Assembly (NCBI GenBank): GCA_963755715.1
Contig: CAVWLW010000038.1
Location: 32,001 to 96,000, forward strand
Direction of reading: 5' to 3'
Source: an uncultured delta proteobacterium
GTDB taxonomy: Bacteria; Desulfobacterota; Binatia; UBA9968
Length of the DNA: 64,000 nt
Shown here piece after piece: positions 11,025 to 22,204 of the stretch. The notes beneath the pieces were generated by a model, which ran no database searches, was not told the origin of the DNA, and saw nothing but the letters and a program-made list of their open reading frames with translations. Each line of letters opens with the position of its first letter. Within the stretch, counting starts at the first letter, position 1. The position numbers were made by a program, and so were the translations under genes.

Positions 11025-11767
11025 AATCCCGGCGCCCGCCTAAGCGCCCAGCGATACACCGAGTAGCCGGCGGCGCCGAGCAAGATATGAAAACTCAAAT
11101 GGCTAAAAGTTCCCGACCACTGAATGCCGAATAGCGCCAGCGGCGCCAGCTCCTGGCGGCTCAGAGTAGCGAGCAGAAACGCGATCGGGTTTAACGGCAA
11201 GTAGAACAGCGCCGAGAGAATTACCAAAGCCGTAAATAAGCAACGAATGAAAACCTGGCGGTTTTCCAGACGGCGCTCCCAGAGCGCCAGCGTCGCCAAC
11301 CCCCAGACGCCGTAAATTAGCGCGTAACCCGGCAGGAGCAAAAAAGTGAGCGTGATGCTCGATAGCGGCGTGCGCGCGATCGCCCCGGCCCAGACCAACA
11401 ACGGCCCGCAAAGCAGCAGGGACAGACCGATATGAACGCAAAGAAACCCGAGCTGAGCGCGTCTGATCATCGCCGCGGGCAGACCTTCGTCGCGCAGCCA
11501 AGTCTTGAGCGATTTGAAACGCCAGGGCGCGAACTCTTGATTGGCCACGCGCAGCGAAAAATAAACCACCAGCACCAAAGTCGTCACCGCCGTCACTTTG
11601 AACAGGCTCGCCGAACCGCTCCACATCTGCGCGTCCAAGGACGGTATGTACAAAGACAGAAACTCCACCGGTGCAAGAATAATCAAAAGATAAAAATAAA
11701 CGGCAAAGCCGTGCCCTTCGGCGAAATAAATTTCCATGCTTTCGCGCCACACGGGATTTTCGCTCAT
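11021..11767 (-). CDS. integral membrane protein (ABC-2 permease-like)
   Basis: Start MSENPVWRE overlaps the upstream stop; about 6 TM segments. Confidence 0.7.
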   Translation of the reverse strand: MSENPVWRESMEIYFAEGHGFAVYFYLLIILAPVEFLSLYIPSLDAQMWSGSASLFKVTAVTTLVLVVYFSLRVANQEFAPWRFKSLKTWLRDEGLPAAMIRRAQLGFLCVHIGLSLLLCGPLLVWAGAIARTPLSSITLTFLLLPGYALIYGVWGLATLALWERRLENRQVFIRCLFTALVILSALFYLPLNPIAFLLATLSRQELAPLALFGIQWSGTFSHLSFHILLGAAGYSVYRWALRRAPGF

Positions 11768-13785
11768 TCGTCCTCCCCGCCCGTCAAAGGAAAAATCGCC
11801 CGAAAGAGCGCGTAGTCCTGCGCTTGAATGCGCGGATCGTCGACTCGCACGCGCGGTTCGGGATCCTTCACCCAACCGAAAAAGACCGCCGCGCCGCCCG
11901 CCCAGCGGCTATCGCCGTCGCGCGGGAACATCGACGAGTGAAACAGCACGTCGCGGGTCTTGTCGGGAAAAGTGACCTCGCGGAAGCTTACCGCGTCGAT
12001 CCGGTTAGCGCCGGTGTCGTCGCGTGGTTTGGCGCTCGCCAGCGGAAAGCTCTTGCGCCAGCTTGCGCCGCGCGGAATCGCGCCTAAATCGAAGCGCTGC
12101 CCGGGCAGAAGCAGCCAACAATTGGCCAGATCTTTGGCGCTGCGATTTTCCACCTTCATGAGCAATTGATCACCCTGAGTCTCGAACTCGGCACGCAGTG
12201 GAAACCGATCGATGCGGCGCATGCGAAAAAGCCGATAGTCCCATTCGCGCAGCGGCAACTGGAATCGGCTCGCGCCGGCGCCATCCTGCACGACCACGGC
12301 TTGCTCCGTCGAATCGCGAGGCCGTATCGAGACCGGCGTCAGATCGAGCCAGCCGCGCTCCATTTCTAAATCGTATTGGCGCAGCTGGGTAGAAAACAAC
12401 GCGAGATTCGCCTGGGCGTCGACAAAACCGTCGCCGCTGCTTTCAAGCACAGTGGAGCTTAAGAGCACGCCATCAGGGACATGCCCCCCCCGGCTGAAAT
12501 GGAAGTAGCCGCCTAACATGCCGACGACGACGATCGTCGCGAAGACAATCAATAATCGGCGCGCCGGGAAGCGCTGGCGTTGCCAAAACCACGTGATCAC
12601 GCCAATCGCAATGAGATAGCTCAGCATGGCGAGCAATAACGACCCCGACGGCACATAGGTCGCGATAAACGAGGGGCTGGCGATCAACTGGTTAAAAACC
12701 GCGTCGTTCCATTCCGTGCGCGGCGCCGGATCCTCGCCGCCGCGCGGCGCGATCAAGCTTTGTAAAAATCGCGGCAGACCCTCCCACTGGGAAAGCGGCG
12801 GCCGGCCCACGTCGAGCGCCAGATAAACGATCCGGCCGCGCCCACGGCTTGCTTCGACCAACAGCGGGAGACCGGCGCTTTCGGTGAGCGCGTTGCCGCT
12901 CACGATAGTCGAAGTCTGCGCCCAGGCGCCGGCTATCGACACCGGTCGTTCGCCTTTGACGGCGCTCGGCACAAAGGTGATTTGCTTCGCGCCGGTGACG
13001 CGCACGGGTAAAAAGCGGCTAAGCGCCGGCTCCTGATAAAGCGCGTAGTTCAAACTGCCAAAAACGATCATCTTGCCGCCCGCCGTGAGCCAGGCGTCGA
13101 GCGCCAGCAACTGAGAACGGGACAACTCGCGCAGCGATTGATCGTAAATAATCAGATGGGAAACACCGAGCAGGGCGCGCGAATCCGCCGCCAATTGGGC
13201 GGGTGCGAGCGACACCAACCGGCTTTGTGGCGAAGCCGTCAAGGCGAGCGGCGGCAGCGCGCCGCTTTCGCTCATGAACAGCAGCACCGGTGCGGGTGAA
13301 AAATAACGGCGCAGATCGAGTTCTTGCGAAGCATTCACCTCGGCGCTGGAAAAAGCGATCGTGACCGGCCGGCTGATAAAATCCGGATCCACCGTGAGCT
13401 GCACGGTTTTGCGCGTCTGCGCGCCGAGAAAAATGTCGCGTTGGTATTTGACCAGATAGGGCGCGCCGCCTTTGGTCGCGCCGCCCTTCCAGACCCGAAC
13501 TTCGAGAGTACCTTCAGCGGGACGGCCGGTGTTGCTGAGCTCGATTTCCAATGGAAACGGCCGGCCGAGTTGAAACACACCGTGGAAACCGACGCGCGGC
13601 TCGATCATGACCGCGGCGCGCGCCGCCGGCACCGCAAGCAAGTAAAGAAGTAAGAAGAAAAACCCAGCCACGCTTGGTCGGCCCAGGCGGTGGTAAGAAT
13701 TTGGCGGGAGAACTTTCAAGCGCAGCGGGCTTGGTCGCCGCGACGGATAACGCTTGAGAGCAGCCTCTTGGGCTGAAAAGGACAT
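11764..13785 (-). CDS. exported/membrane protein with glutamine-amidotransferase-like domain
   Basis: Signal-like FFFLLLYLLAVPAARA, ALDAWLTAGGKMIVFG, GRGRIVYLALD, two TM helices; true start uncertain (13785 or GTG near 13671). Confidence 0.75.
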   Translation of the reverse strand: MSFSAQEAALKRYPSRRPSPLRLKVLPPNSYHRLGRPSVAGFFFLLLYLLAVPAARAAVMIEPRVGFHGVFQLGRPFPLEIELSNTGRPAEGTLEVRVWKGGATKGGAPYLVKYQRDIFLGAQTRKTVQLTVDPDFISRPVTIAFSSAEVNASQELDLRRYFSPAPVLLFMSESGALPPLALTASPQSRLVSLAPAQLAADSRALLGVSHLIIYDQSLRELSRSQLLALDAWLTAGGKMIVFGSLNYALYQEPALSRFLPVRVTGAKQITFVPSAVKGERPVSIAGAWAQTSTIVSGNALTESAGLPLLVEASRGRGRIVYLALDVGRPPLSQWEGLPRFLQSLIAPRGGEDPAPRTEWNDAVFNQLIASPSFIATYVPSGSLLLAMLSYLIAIGVITWFWQRQRFPARRLLIVFATIVVVGMLGGYFHFSRGGHVPDGVLLSSTVLESSGDGFVDAQANLALFSTQLRQYDLEMERGWLDLTPVSIRPRDSTEQAVVVQDGAGASRFQLPLREWDYRLFRMRRIDRFPLRAEFETQGDQLLMKVENRSAKDLANCWLLLPGQRFDLGAIPRGASWRKSFPLASAKPRDDTGANRIDAVSFREVTFPDKTRDVLFHSSMFPRDGDSRWAGGAAVFFGWVKDPEPRVRVDDPRIQAQDYALFRAIFPLTGGEDE

Positions 13786-13825
13786 GGTTCCTTTCCAGAT
13801 AGGCCCGCCCCACCGGTAGCCGTGA
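13655..13825 (-). other. candidate structured RNA element between greA and the next gene
   Basis: Several complementary segments (GAAAGGA/TCCTTTTC, CTCAAGCG/CGCTTGAA, GGCGGG/CCCGCC, CGGTGG/CCACCG) ending in a weak hairpin plus T-tract. Confidence 0.3.
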
Positions 13826-13826
13826 T

Positions 13827-14309
13827 CTAATCTGTATATTCCACGCTGAGAATATCAAACGTACGAACGCCCGTGGGGGTGTGGACCTGAACTTCGTCTC
13901 CTTCGCTCTTTCCGATCAAGGCACGAGCGATAGGAGAGCTAATGGAAATTTTTCCGTTCTTCGGTTCCGCCTCATGATCGCCGACGATTTGGTATATCAC
14001 CTTGTCGCCCGTATCACCATCGGCGAGGGAAACCGTGGCGCCGAAGACCACTTTATCACCCGAGAGCTTGGAGATGTCGATCACCTGCGCTCGCGCAACC
14101 TTGTCCTCGATCTCGCGGATCTGCAGGTCGAGCAACGATTGACGTTCCTTTGCCGCGTGAAATTCGGCATTCTCCGAAAGATCGCCGTGATCGCGCGCCT
14201 CTTCGATATCACGAATGTTTTTTGGCCGCTCAACGTTTTTTAAACGTTTCAGCTCATCCACCAGGAATTGGAAGCCTTTCCCCGTCATGGGGACGCTTGC
14301 GTCTGCCAT
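13827..14309 (-). CDS. greA: transcription elongation factor GreA
   Basis: ARDHGDLSENAEFHAAKE and ISISSPIARALIGK. Confidence 0.97.
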   Translation of the reverse strand: MADASVPMTGKGFQFLVDELKRLKNVERPKNIRDIEEARDHGDLSENAEFHAAKERQSLLDLQIREIEDKVARAQVIDISKLSGDKVVFGATVSLADGDTGDKVIYQIVGDHEAEPKNGKISISSPIARALIGKSEGDEVQVHTPTGVRTFDILSVEYTD

Positions 14310-14325
14310 ATTCTCGACTCCTCGA

Positions 14326-14362
14326 CAAAATAAAAACCCCTCGGGATCGCTCCCGAGAGGCC
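14326..14362 (-). terminator. intrinsic terminator inside the greA leader
   Basis: Minus strand GGCCTCTCGGGA-GCGA-TCCCGAGGGGTT-TTTATTTT, just 5' of the greA RBS. Confidence 0.75.
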
Positions 14363-14402
14363 TTCAAAAATCTACGGTATTTATCTCGTTGCTAAATGTG
14401 AA

Positions 14403-14433
14403 ACTATACTAGCATTGCCACCGTCTATTTCAA
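14403..14433 (-). promoter_or_regulatory. sigma-70 type promoter of greA
   Basis: TTGAAA-16-TAGTAT with TGn extension (alternatively TATAGT). Confidence 0.55.
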
Positions 14434-14469
14434 CAGCAAAAAGCCGGTCAGACCCTCGGTCAACAAATG

Positions 14470-15448
14470 CTAGGCGCGCTTGATCGGCCCGAAAACATGG
14501 CAGGACACGCCATGGCGATCAGCGTCAAAATCCAATGGCGGCTCGGTTTGGCTGCAGAGCGCTTCCCGATAGGAGCAGCGCGGGTGAAAGGTGCAGCCCG
14601 GCGGCGGGTTGACCGGACTGGGCACGTCGCCTTCGAGCACGATGCGTTCTTTCTTGCGCGCGGTGTCGGGCATCGGCACAGCGGACAACAGTGCGCGTGT
14701 ATACGGATGTTTGGCGTCGCGGTAAATCGTCTCGGCATTGGCGATCTCGACGACCTTGCCCAGATACATGATCGCCACCCGATGGCTGATATGCTCGACC
14801 ACGCGCAGATCGTGCGAGATGAACAAATAGGTCAGGTGCATGCGCTCTTGCAGCTCCTGCAACAAATTGATGATCTGCGCCTGGATCGACACGTCGAGCG
14901 ACGACACCGGTTCGTCGCACACGATGAACTTGGGACTGACGGCGAGCGCCCGGGCGATGCCAATGCGCTGGCGCTGCCCGCCGCTGAACTCATGCGGATA
15001 ACGGTGGTAATGGTCCTCGCGCAAACCGACTTGTTGCAGCAGCTCCATCACCCGCTCTCGTTTGGCTTTGCCCTTGGCAAGCTTGTGAATTTCCAATCCT
15101 TCGCCGACGATGTCGCCGACGCGCATGCGCGGATTCAGCGAAGCGTAGGGATCTTGAAAAATAATCTGCATTTCGCGGCGCATGTCGCGCAGCTCGCGCC
15201 CCGGCAGCGTCAGGAGATTCTTGCCGTGGAAGATCACTTCGCCGCTGGTCGGCTCGATCAGCCTGAGAATCGTTCGACCCAAAGTAGATTTGCCGCAACC
15301 TGACTCGCCGACCAAGCCTAAAGTTTCGCCTTCGTTGACGGTCAAGTTAACGCCGTCGACGGCTTTGACGCTGCCCTTGTTGCGCGAGAATAACCCGTCG
15401 CCCAACGGGAAAGTGCTTTTTTAAATCGCGGATTTCTAGCAGGCTCAT
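14470..15448 (-). CDS. dppF: oligopeptide/dipeptide ABC transporter ATP-binding protein, F subunit (frameshift in homopolymer near 15420)
   Basis: [36 protein letters not shown]-terminal Cys domain; true start MSLLEIRDL at 15448. Confidence 0.9.
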
Positions 15449-15506
15449 AGCAAAAAGCTTAATGTCGGAATTAGCTTGAAAATCGAAAAATGCGATCTGC
15501 TATTCC

Positions 15507-16511
<1,005 letters not shown>

Positions 16512-16559
16512 GATTGGAACGGCGTTGTGCAATGCTCTTCGGTGGTTCGGCCTCCACGG

Positions 16560-16660
16560 GCTCGGCTCAACCGCGCCTCGACAATATCGCGGATAGCATC
16601 TCCAATAGCATTAAATCCAAGCACTGCCAACATGGTGCGACAATCGCCAAGACGTGCCGC
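16560..16660 (-). pseudogene. 3' remnant of a DppC/OppC-type permease
   Basis: LAVLGFNAIGDAIRDIVEAR matches the DppC C-terminal consensus; no upstream permease body. Confidence 0.6.
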
Positions 16661-16801
16661 TCCTCTATCAAGGGAGAAAATATATCGCGCTTGAAGTTAG
16701 TGCCAACGTGGAATAAACGACGGTTCGATAGAGCTTCAACAAAACCGATTCGAACGGCTAAAACTTCTTGAACCGCTTGAACGACTCCGAAGGAGGCGCC
16801 C

Positions 16802-17897
16802 ATGGGCCGAGATAAAAAATTTAGATGAAATCAAAACGATGATTCGCGAGCGCGTCGGCAAACGTAATACTTTTCGCCACGCCAAAAGGGAAGATGTCGA
16901 GTCGGTTCTCGCGAACTTGACGAGCAAAGATCCGGAGCTCTGGGCCAAGGAATGGTCGCGCGTCGCCAAGCCCTACGAAGAAGCGGGCGTGAAGCTGGAG
17001 CAAGCCGGCAAGTTCAAAGAAGCCCGGGAAGCTTATGTGCAAGCCTATGCTTACTATGCCACCGGTCGCTACCCGACGCCGCATACGCCGGGAAAGATGG
17101 CATGCTATCGAAAGAGCCTCGAAGTGTACGAGAAGGCCGGCAAATACTTCGAGCCGCCGTTGGAGCGGCTCGATATTCCTTTCGGAGATAAGAAAATTCC
17201 GATCTACGTGCGCGTGCCGCATGACGGGCAAAAACACGCAATCGTAATCAACTTCGGCGGCATCGATTCATTCAAAGCGGAGAGTTACGAATACGATGAG
17301 GGTTTGCAGAAAGCAGGCATGGCCAGTTGCTCCATGGACATGCCGGGCGTCGGCGAGTGTCCCATCAAAGCCTCGCCGACCGCGGAGTCAGTCTTTACCG
17401 CCGTGATCGATTATTTGGAGAAGCGCCCCGATATCGATGCTAAACGTATCGCCATCATGGGCCGGAGCTTCGGCGGCTACTGGGCGGCGAAGATGGCCTA
17501 CGTCGAACCCAAGCGCCTGCGCGCGTCGATCGTCTGGGGCGGCGGCGTGCATTATTTTTTTCAGGAAGACTGGCTGCGCGAGTCGACCAACGCCGATAGT
17601 TATCTCATGGATCACGACATCGCGCGCTGCCGGCTCTTCGGCGTCAACAGCATTGACGAGCTGATGAAACCTTGGTCGGCGCTCTCGCTCAAAGATCAGG
17701 GCTGGCTGGATAAACCGTCCTGTCCCATGCTGATCGTCAACGGCAAAAACGATCTACAAACTCCGATCGCCGATCTTTATATCTTGCTCGAATACGGCAC
17801 GCCGAAATCGGCGCGCGTTTTCCCCGGCGGTCACATGGGCCAAACCCCGCAGACCTTTCCGACGATCGTGGATTGGTTAAAAAACGAATTGTCGTAA
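16802..17897 (+). CDS. alpha/beta hydrolase, FrsA/DHPON-hydrolase/Ayg1-like family (frameshift just after ATG)
   Basis: GGIDSFK, DMPGVGE, GRSFGG nucleophile elbow, C-terminal GHMG; AGGAGG RBS before ATG 16802. Confidence 0.88.
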
Positions 17898-17970
17898 GCC
17901 CTCTGCGACATCGTCGCAAACGACGCTCGGTGACCGACGAGATGCCGAAATCTGTATAGACTTCGCAAAT

Positions 17971-19486
17971 TCAATCTCCTCCGATCATCTCACTGACCAT
18001 AATCGGTTTAGCATCGGGCATATAACCGAAGCACTTCACGACATAAAAATGACCAATGACCCTTCCACCTTTCATAACCGGGAGCTGTTTTATATTTTCA
18101 TCCACGCGAACAAAGTATTTCCGTAGCGATTCCAGCTCGGGCGGATTGCCGTCCACCGCGAGCGCGTTGAAACCAACGAGATCGATTTTTGGCGTCCAGT
18201 ATTCGAAGGCCAACGCGTTTTTGCCGACGAGGTTGCGCGAGAAAACGTCGCGGCTGTCATCGCTATAAAACGAAAGAGCGGCGGCGATGTAGTGACTATC
18301 CAAACCCAGAAGGAACACCTTTTTCCCACCGGCGACCTCAAACGCTCGTGCTTCCTGGCCGACCGCCTCTCCCAACTCCTTCCAACCGGTCGTAAAACTG
18401 TGCGTGGGAATTCCCGGTATCGTTAGGGTTAAGTGATAAACCACAACCACATACAGAACTGGCAAAGCGTAAAAAAAAGAGCGCAAGAAATACCTGACCA
18501 CGCGCAGCTTGCGAGCGCCGCTGTTGAAACGAAAATAGCGGTAACAGGGATAAGCGGCGACGAGCAGAGATAGATACCCGGGCAGCGTCCAGTTGGCCTT
18601 GACTCCGGAACGAATGCTGAAAAGCAGCATGAAGGCGAGGATCGGGATCGAGAAAAGAAAACAAAACCGCCATCGGAGGCGCCAGTCGCTCAAAGCGTAC
18701 GACACAGGAAGCGCCGGGATCATGAGTAAACCTGCCAGAAGAATGGGCGAAGTCACGCCGAGCTGCATGAGCAAAAATTCTCCCAAGCTTTTGAGTGGGT
18801 GGCTAGGCGCGCGAGTCAATCGATCGCTCACTTGGAAGCCGAAAGGAGGCCCAGTCGTGCTCGACGTTCCAAAGAATCACCGGAGTGAAGAACAGCGCCG
18901 CGATAAGTAGAGCTAGGTAGGGCTCTTTTCTCGTGAGCCACCGGCGGTAACAGCGGTCTAAGATAAGCCATAGCAGTGTCGACGGAACTAAAAAAATCGC
19001 CGTGTATTTGGACAGCAGGCAAAGCCCGAGCGCAGCCCCGGCCAAGTACCACGCCCATTTTTTTTCCTCGCGCACGGCCAGCGAAACCAGGTAGAGCGTC
19101 AGCAGCCAGAAAAAAATCAGCGGCACGTCGGGCGTGATCAGTAAACCATAAACGAAATAGAGCGGTATCAACTGGAAAAGCAGCGCCGCCCAGAGCCCCG
19201 CTCTGCGGTTAAACCAAAACCTGCCCAGCGTATAGAGAAGCCAAGTTGAAAGAAGAGTTAATAAAAGTCCGCCGAGCCGGACGCCGAGCGCGTTCTTACC
19301 CAGGAAAAATTGACCCGCGCTGATGACCCACGCGATCATCGGCGGATGATCGAAATAGCTCAGCGCCGGATGCTCGGCGTAATTCCAGTAGTAAGTCTCT
19401 TGGGGCGCGAGGTCGATTAGAAAAGCGGCAAGAAATCGCAAGCAAAAAAGCAGGGCTGTTGCCCGTATAAGACGCTGATCCGACAT
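17971..19486 (-). CDS. ArnT/PMT-like glycosyltransferase family 39 (frameshift near 18835)
   Basis: ETYYWNYAEHPALSYFDHPPM, TPDVPL, LSKYTA, PVILWN. Confidence 0.85.
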
Positions 19487-19498
19487 GCGAGTGGCGTC

Positions 19499-20779
19499 CT
19501 ACGAGCTCGCTCGTAGACGACCGACTCGATCCTCGCGGTTCGCCAAAGCCTGCGCATTGAATCTCGCCTCGTAGACTTCGCAGACCTTGTCGAAGACGGC
19601 GTCGACTTCGATGCGCTGCATGCACAAGTTGTTCTGACAGAAAGACTGCTTTTGATTCAACGCGCTGACGCAAGGACTGCAAGCGAGCCCCTCCCAGAAC
19701 ACGTGACTCCTCGGCGTGCGCGCCCGATAAAGCTCGGGTGTTTCCGGCCCAAAGAGCGTAACCACGTCGATCGGCGTCAGCGCAGCAAAATGAGCCGGGC
19801 CGCTGTCGTTCGTGACCAGCACGTCGGCCAGGCCGAAGATCACCAAGAGTTGCCTAAGCGTGGTCCGGCCGGCCAAACTAAAACAGCGCTCTGATGCTAT
19901 CTCTTGCACCAAAGCAGCCGCATTTTCCGCTTCGGACGGCTGTCCTGTCAGCGCCACATGCAAGCGCGGATAACGCGCCGTGAGCCGCCGCGCCAGCTCA
20001 ACATAGCTTTTAGTCGGCCAGCGCCGGAGCGGCAGCAGATCGCTGCAATTGGGATTCAGCAAGATGAGCGACAGCGGCGTTTCGACCCGCGCCGCTTTGC
20101 GGAGCAGGGCTTGAGCTTCAACCACTTCTGCTCGAGTCGGCTCAAAAATTGGCGGCGGATCCTCGGCCAAAGCCGGTTTCATATCCAAAGGTGTCAAATC
20201 AGTCGGCGCAAAAGTCAGCGCCTCGACCATCAAGCGAAAAGTCTCAGCGGTATGCAGATAAGGATTGTAACGCAATCGATGGGTCATCAGATTGCCGCGG
20301 TACGGTCCCTCGCCTCCCGTAGAGTGAAACCCAACTCGATAATCGCTACCGGTGAGAAAGCTGATCGCGGCCGAAAAGCGCGCAAAAAACTCGCAATCGA
20401 TGACCGCATTGATGCGCCGTTTATGCAAGGACCGGATAGCTCGGACCGTGTCGCGAGCTGCTGTGAATAGATTGTCGTGGCGGATGGCCAACACGTTTTC
20501 TCTCGGCAGGAGCGCCATCACGTCGAGGATGAAGCGATTCTCCTCGAACACCAGAAAATAGACATTGTTCCGCCCAACCAGGTCGACGGCGCGGCGAATC
20601 GCGGCACACGCCAACACCGTCGAACCCTGCTCCGCTAATTTGACAAACAGGATAGCGCGCAGCCGCGGCACATGCGGGTGCTTGCCGAGGTCGATCAATC
20701 GGCGCACGCCCGTCAGGACAAAACAAACGGGAATCCCGATCCAACGATCAATCCAACGGATGGCGTTTACGCTTGTCAT
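19499..20779 (-). CDS. glycosyltransferase family 9 (heptosyltransferase-like)
   Basis: RRWP, LAGRTTLRQL, VTNDSGPAHFAA, LFGP, C-terminal CSPC/C cluster. Confidence 0.88.
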   Translation of the reverse strand: MTSVNAIRWIDRWIGIPVCFVLTGVRRLIDLGKHPHVPRLRAILFVKLAEQGSTVLACAAIRRAVDLVGRNNVYFLVFEENRFILDVMALLPRENVLAIRHDNLFTAARDTVRAIRSLHKRRINAVIDCEFFARFSAAISFLTGSDYRVGFHSTGGEGPYRGNLMTHRLRYNPYLHTAETFRLMVEALTFAPTDLTPLDMKPALAEDPPPIFEPTRAEVVEAQALLRKAARVETPLSLILLNPNCSDLLPLRRWPTKSYVELARRLTARYPRLHVALTGQPSEAENAAALVQEIASERCFSLAGRTTLRQLLVIFGLADVLVTNDSGPAHFAALTPIDVVTLFGPETPELYRARTPRSHVFWEGLACSPCVSALNQKQSFCQNNLCMQRIEVDAVFDKVCEVYEARFNAQALANREDRVGRLRASS

Positions 20780-20859
20780 AAGTTCCGACTCCACCAACTT
20801 TATCCTTAGGCTGCGCGTAGAGCAATACACCCATCAAAAAGGTCGCGGCGCAATTTGAT

Positions 20860-20886
20860 GTAGGGGCAGACCTGGGTGTCTGCCCT
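20860..20886 (+). repeat. GTAG-family REP-like palindrome
   Basis: GTAG-GGGCAGAC-CTGGGT-GTCTGCCC. Confidence 0.65.
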
Positions 20887-20950
20887 CGGCAATTTTTTCA
20901 TGCCGATTCGCAATCGACTTCGACATCGGCTAAAATTTTTAGGATCGGCG

Positions 20951-22204
20951 ATGCGATTATTTTTGAAACTGTTTGTTCCGCTGTTCTTCGCGCTCCCGCT
21001 CGCCCTAGCCGGAGCGATTTACCTCGTTGTCGATAGCCAACCGAGCCTTAATCGCGCCGCCGAAATTACGCCTTGGAATATCGAAAGGGCCAAGCGCATT
21101 CTCGATCAGAATGATCCACGCAAATTGACACCCGGTGCGCGCCGGACCATCACTGTGGACCAAGCCGATATCGACCTGGCGGCCAACTATCTAGCACGCC
21201 AGTACTTCGCGGGAGGCGCGCGCGTACAATTGAAGCGGCATTCCGTGCATATCGGCGCGAGCCTGAGGGCGCCGATGATTCCCTTGCCTATTTATTTAAA
21301 TCTGGACTCGGTGTTGTCGGAAGATGGCGCCTTGCCGAAACTGGAGACACTGCGGTTAGGTCAAATATCCCTACCGCCGTGGCTGGCCTATTGGATCATT
21401 CCACGACTTTTTGCTTACGCGTTCAACGACGCAGATATTCGTTCTTTTCAGAATGTCATCAAGAAGGTGGCGATCCAGGATAGACGGATCGCGTTGACCT
21501 ATGAATGGCAAGCCGACCTGCCGAATAAATTGCGCACGGCCTTGCTGCCGGCGGAAGAGCGGGCGCGCCTGCGGGCTTATCAAGAACGCCTCGCTTCGGT
21601 AAGCCATTCACTGAAGGCGAAGGATATTTCACTGACAGAGTTGCTCGCGCCTCTCTTTATGCTCGCCGCGGACCGTTCGACCGATGGCGATGCCGTTGCG
21701 GAGAACCGCGCCGCGATATTTCTGCTCACCCTCTACGTCAATGGACAAAGCTTGGAGACGATTTTACCCGACGCGAAAAGCTGGCCGCAGCCCGAGATGC
21801 GTCGTGCACTGCTCAACCGCCGCGACGACTTTCCCAAGCATTTCATCATCTCGGCAGCCCTAGCCGCTAGAGCCGGCGGGCCCCTCGCCGACGCCGTCGG
21901 TGTTTACAAGGAAATCGAGGACTCCCGTGGCGGCAGCGGCTTTTCGTTCAACGACATTGCCGCCGATCGTGCCGGCACGCGCTTCGGCGAATATGCCGCA
22001 GATCCCGCTTCTGCCCGGCGTTTGCAGCAACGCATGCGCGCCAGGATCGAGGAAAAAGACCTGATGCCCGCGACCGAAGATCTGCCGGAATTTATGCCTG
22101 AGCGAGAATTCCAGCGGCGCTTCGGCGGAGTTGACGCGCCGCCGTACAAAAAAATGATGACCGATATCGAGCGCCGGGTCGCTGCCTTGTCGCTCTACCG
22201 TTGA
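20951..22204 (+). CDS. membrane-anchored hypothetical protein with C-terminal YfiM/DUF2279-like motif
   Basis: N-terminal TM; DFPKHFIISAAL and GVYKEIEDSRGGSGFSFNDIAADRAG. Confidence 0.7.
   Translation: MRLFLKLFVPLFFALPLALAGAIYLVVDSQPSLNRAAEITPWNIERAKRILDQNDPRKLTPGARRTITVDQADIDLAANYLARQYFAGGARVQLKRHSVHIGASLRAPMIPLPIYLNLDSVLSEDGALPKLETLRLGQISLPPWLAYWIIPRLFAYAFNDADIRSFQNVIKKVAIQDRRIALTYEWQADLPNKLRTALLPAEERARLRAYQERLASVSHSLKAKDISLTELLAPLFMLAADRSTDGDAVAENRAAIFLLTLYVNGQSLETILPDAKSWPQPEMRRALLNRRDDFPKHFIISAALAARAGGPLADAVGVYKEIEDSRGGSGFSFNDIAADRAGTRFGEYAADPASARRLQQRMRARIEEKDLMPATEDLPEFMPEREFQRRFGGVDAPPYKKMMTDIERRVAALSLYR

Noticed and set aside
13655-13825. Assignment as 6S RNA, tmRNA, SRP RNA or RNase P RNA
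   Set aside because: Diagnostic conserved motifs of these RNAs were not found by eye; kept only as an unassigned structured candidate.
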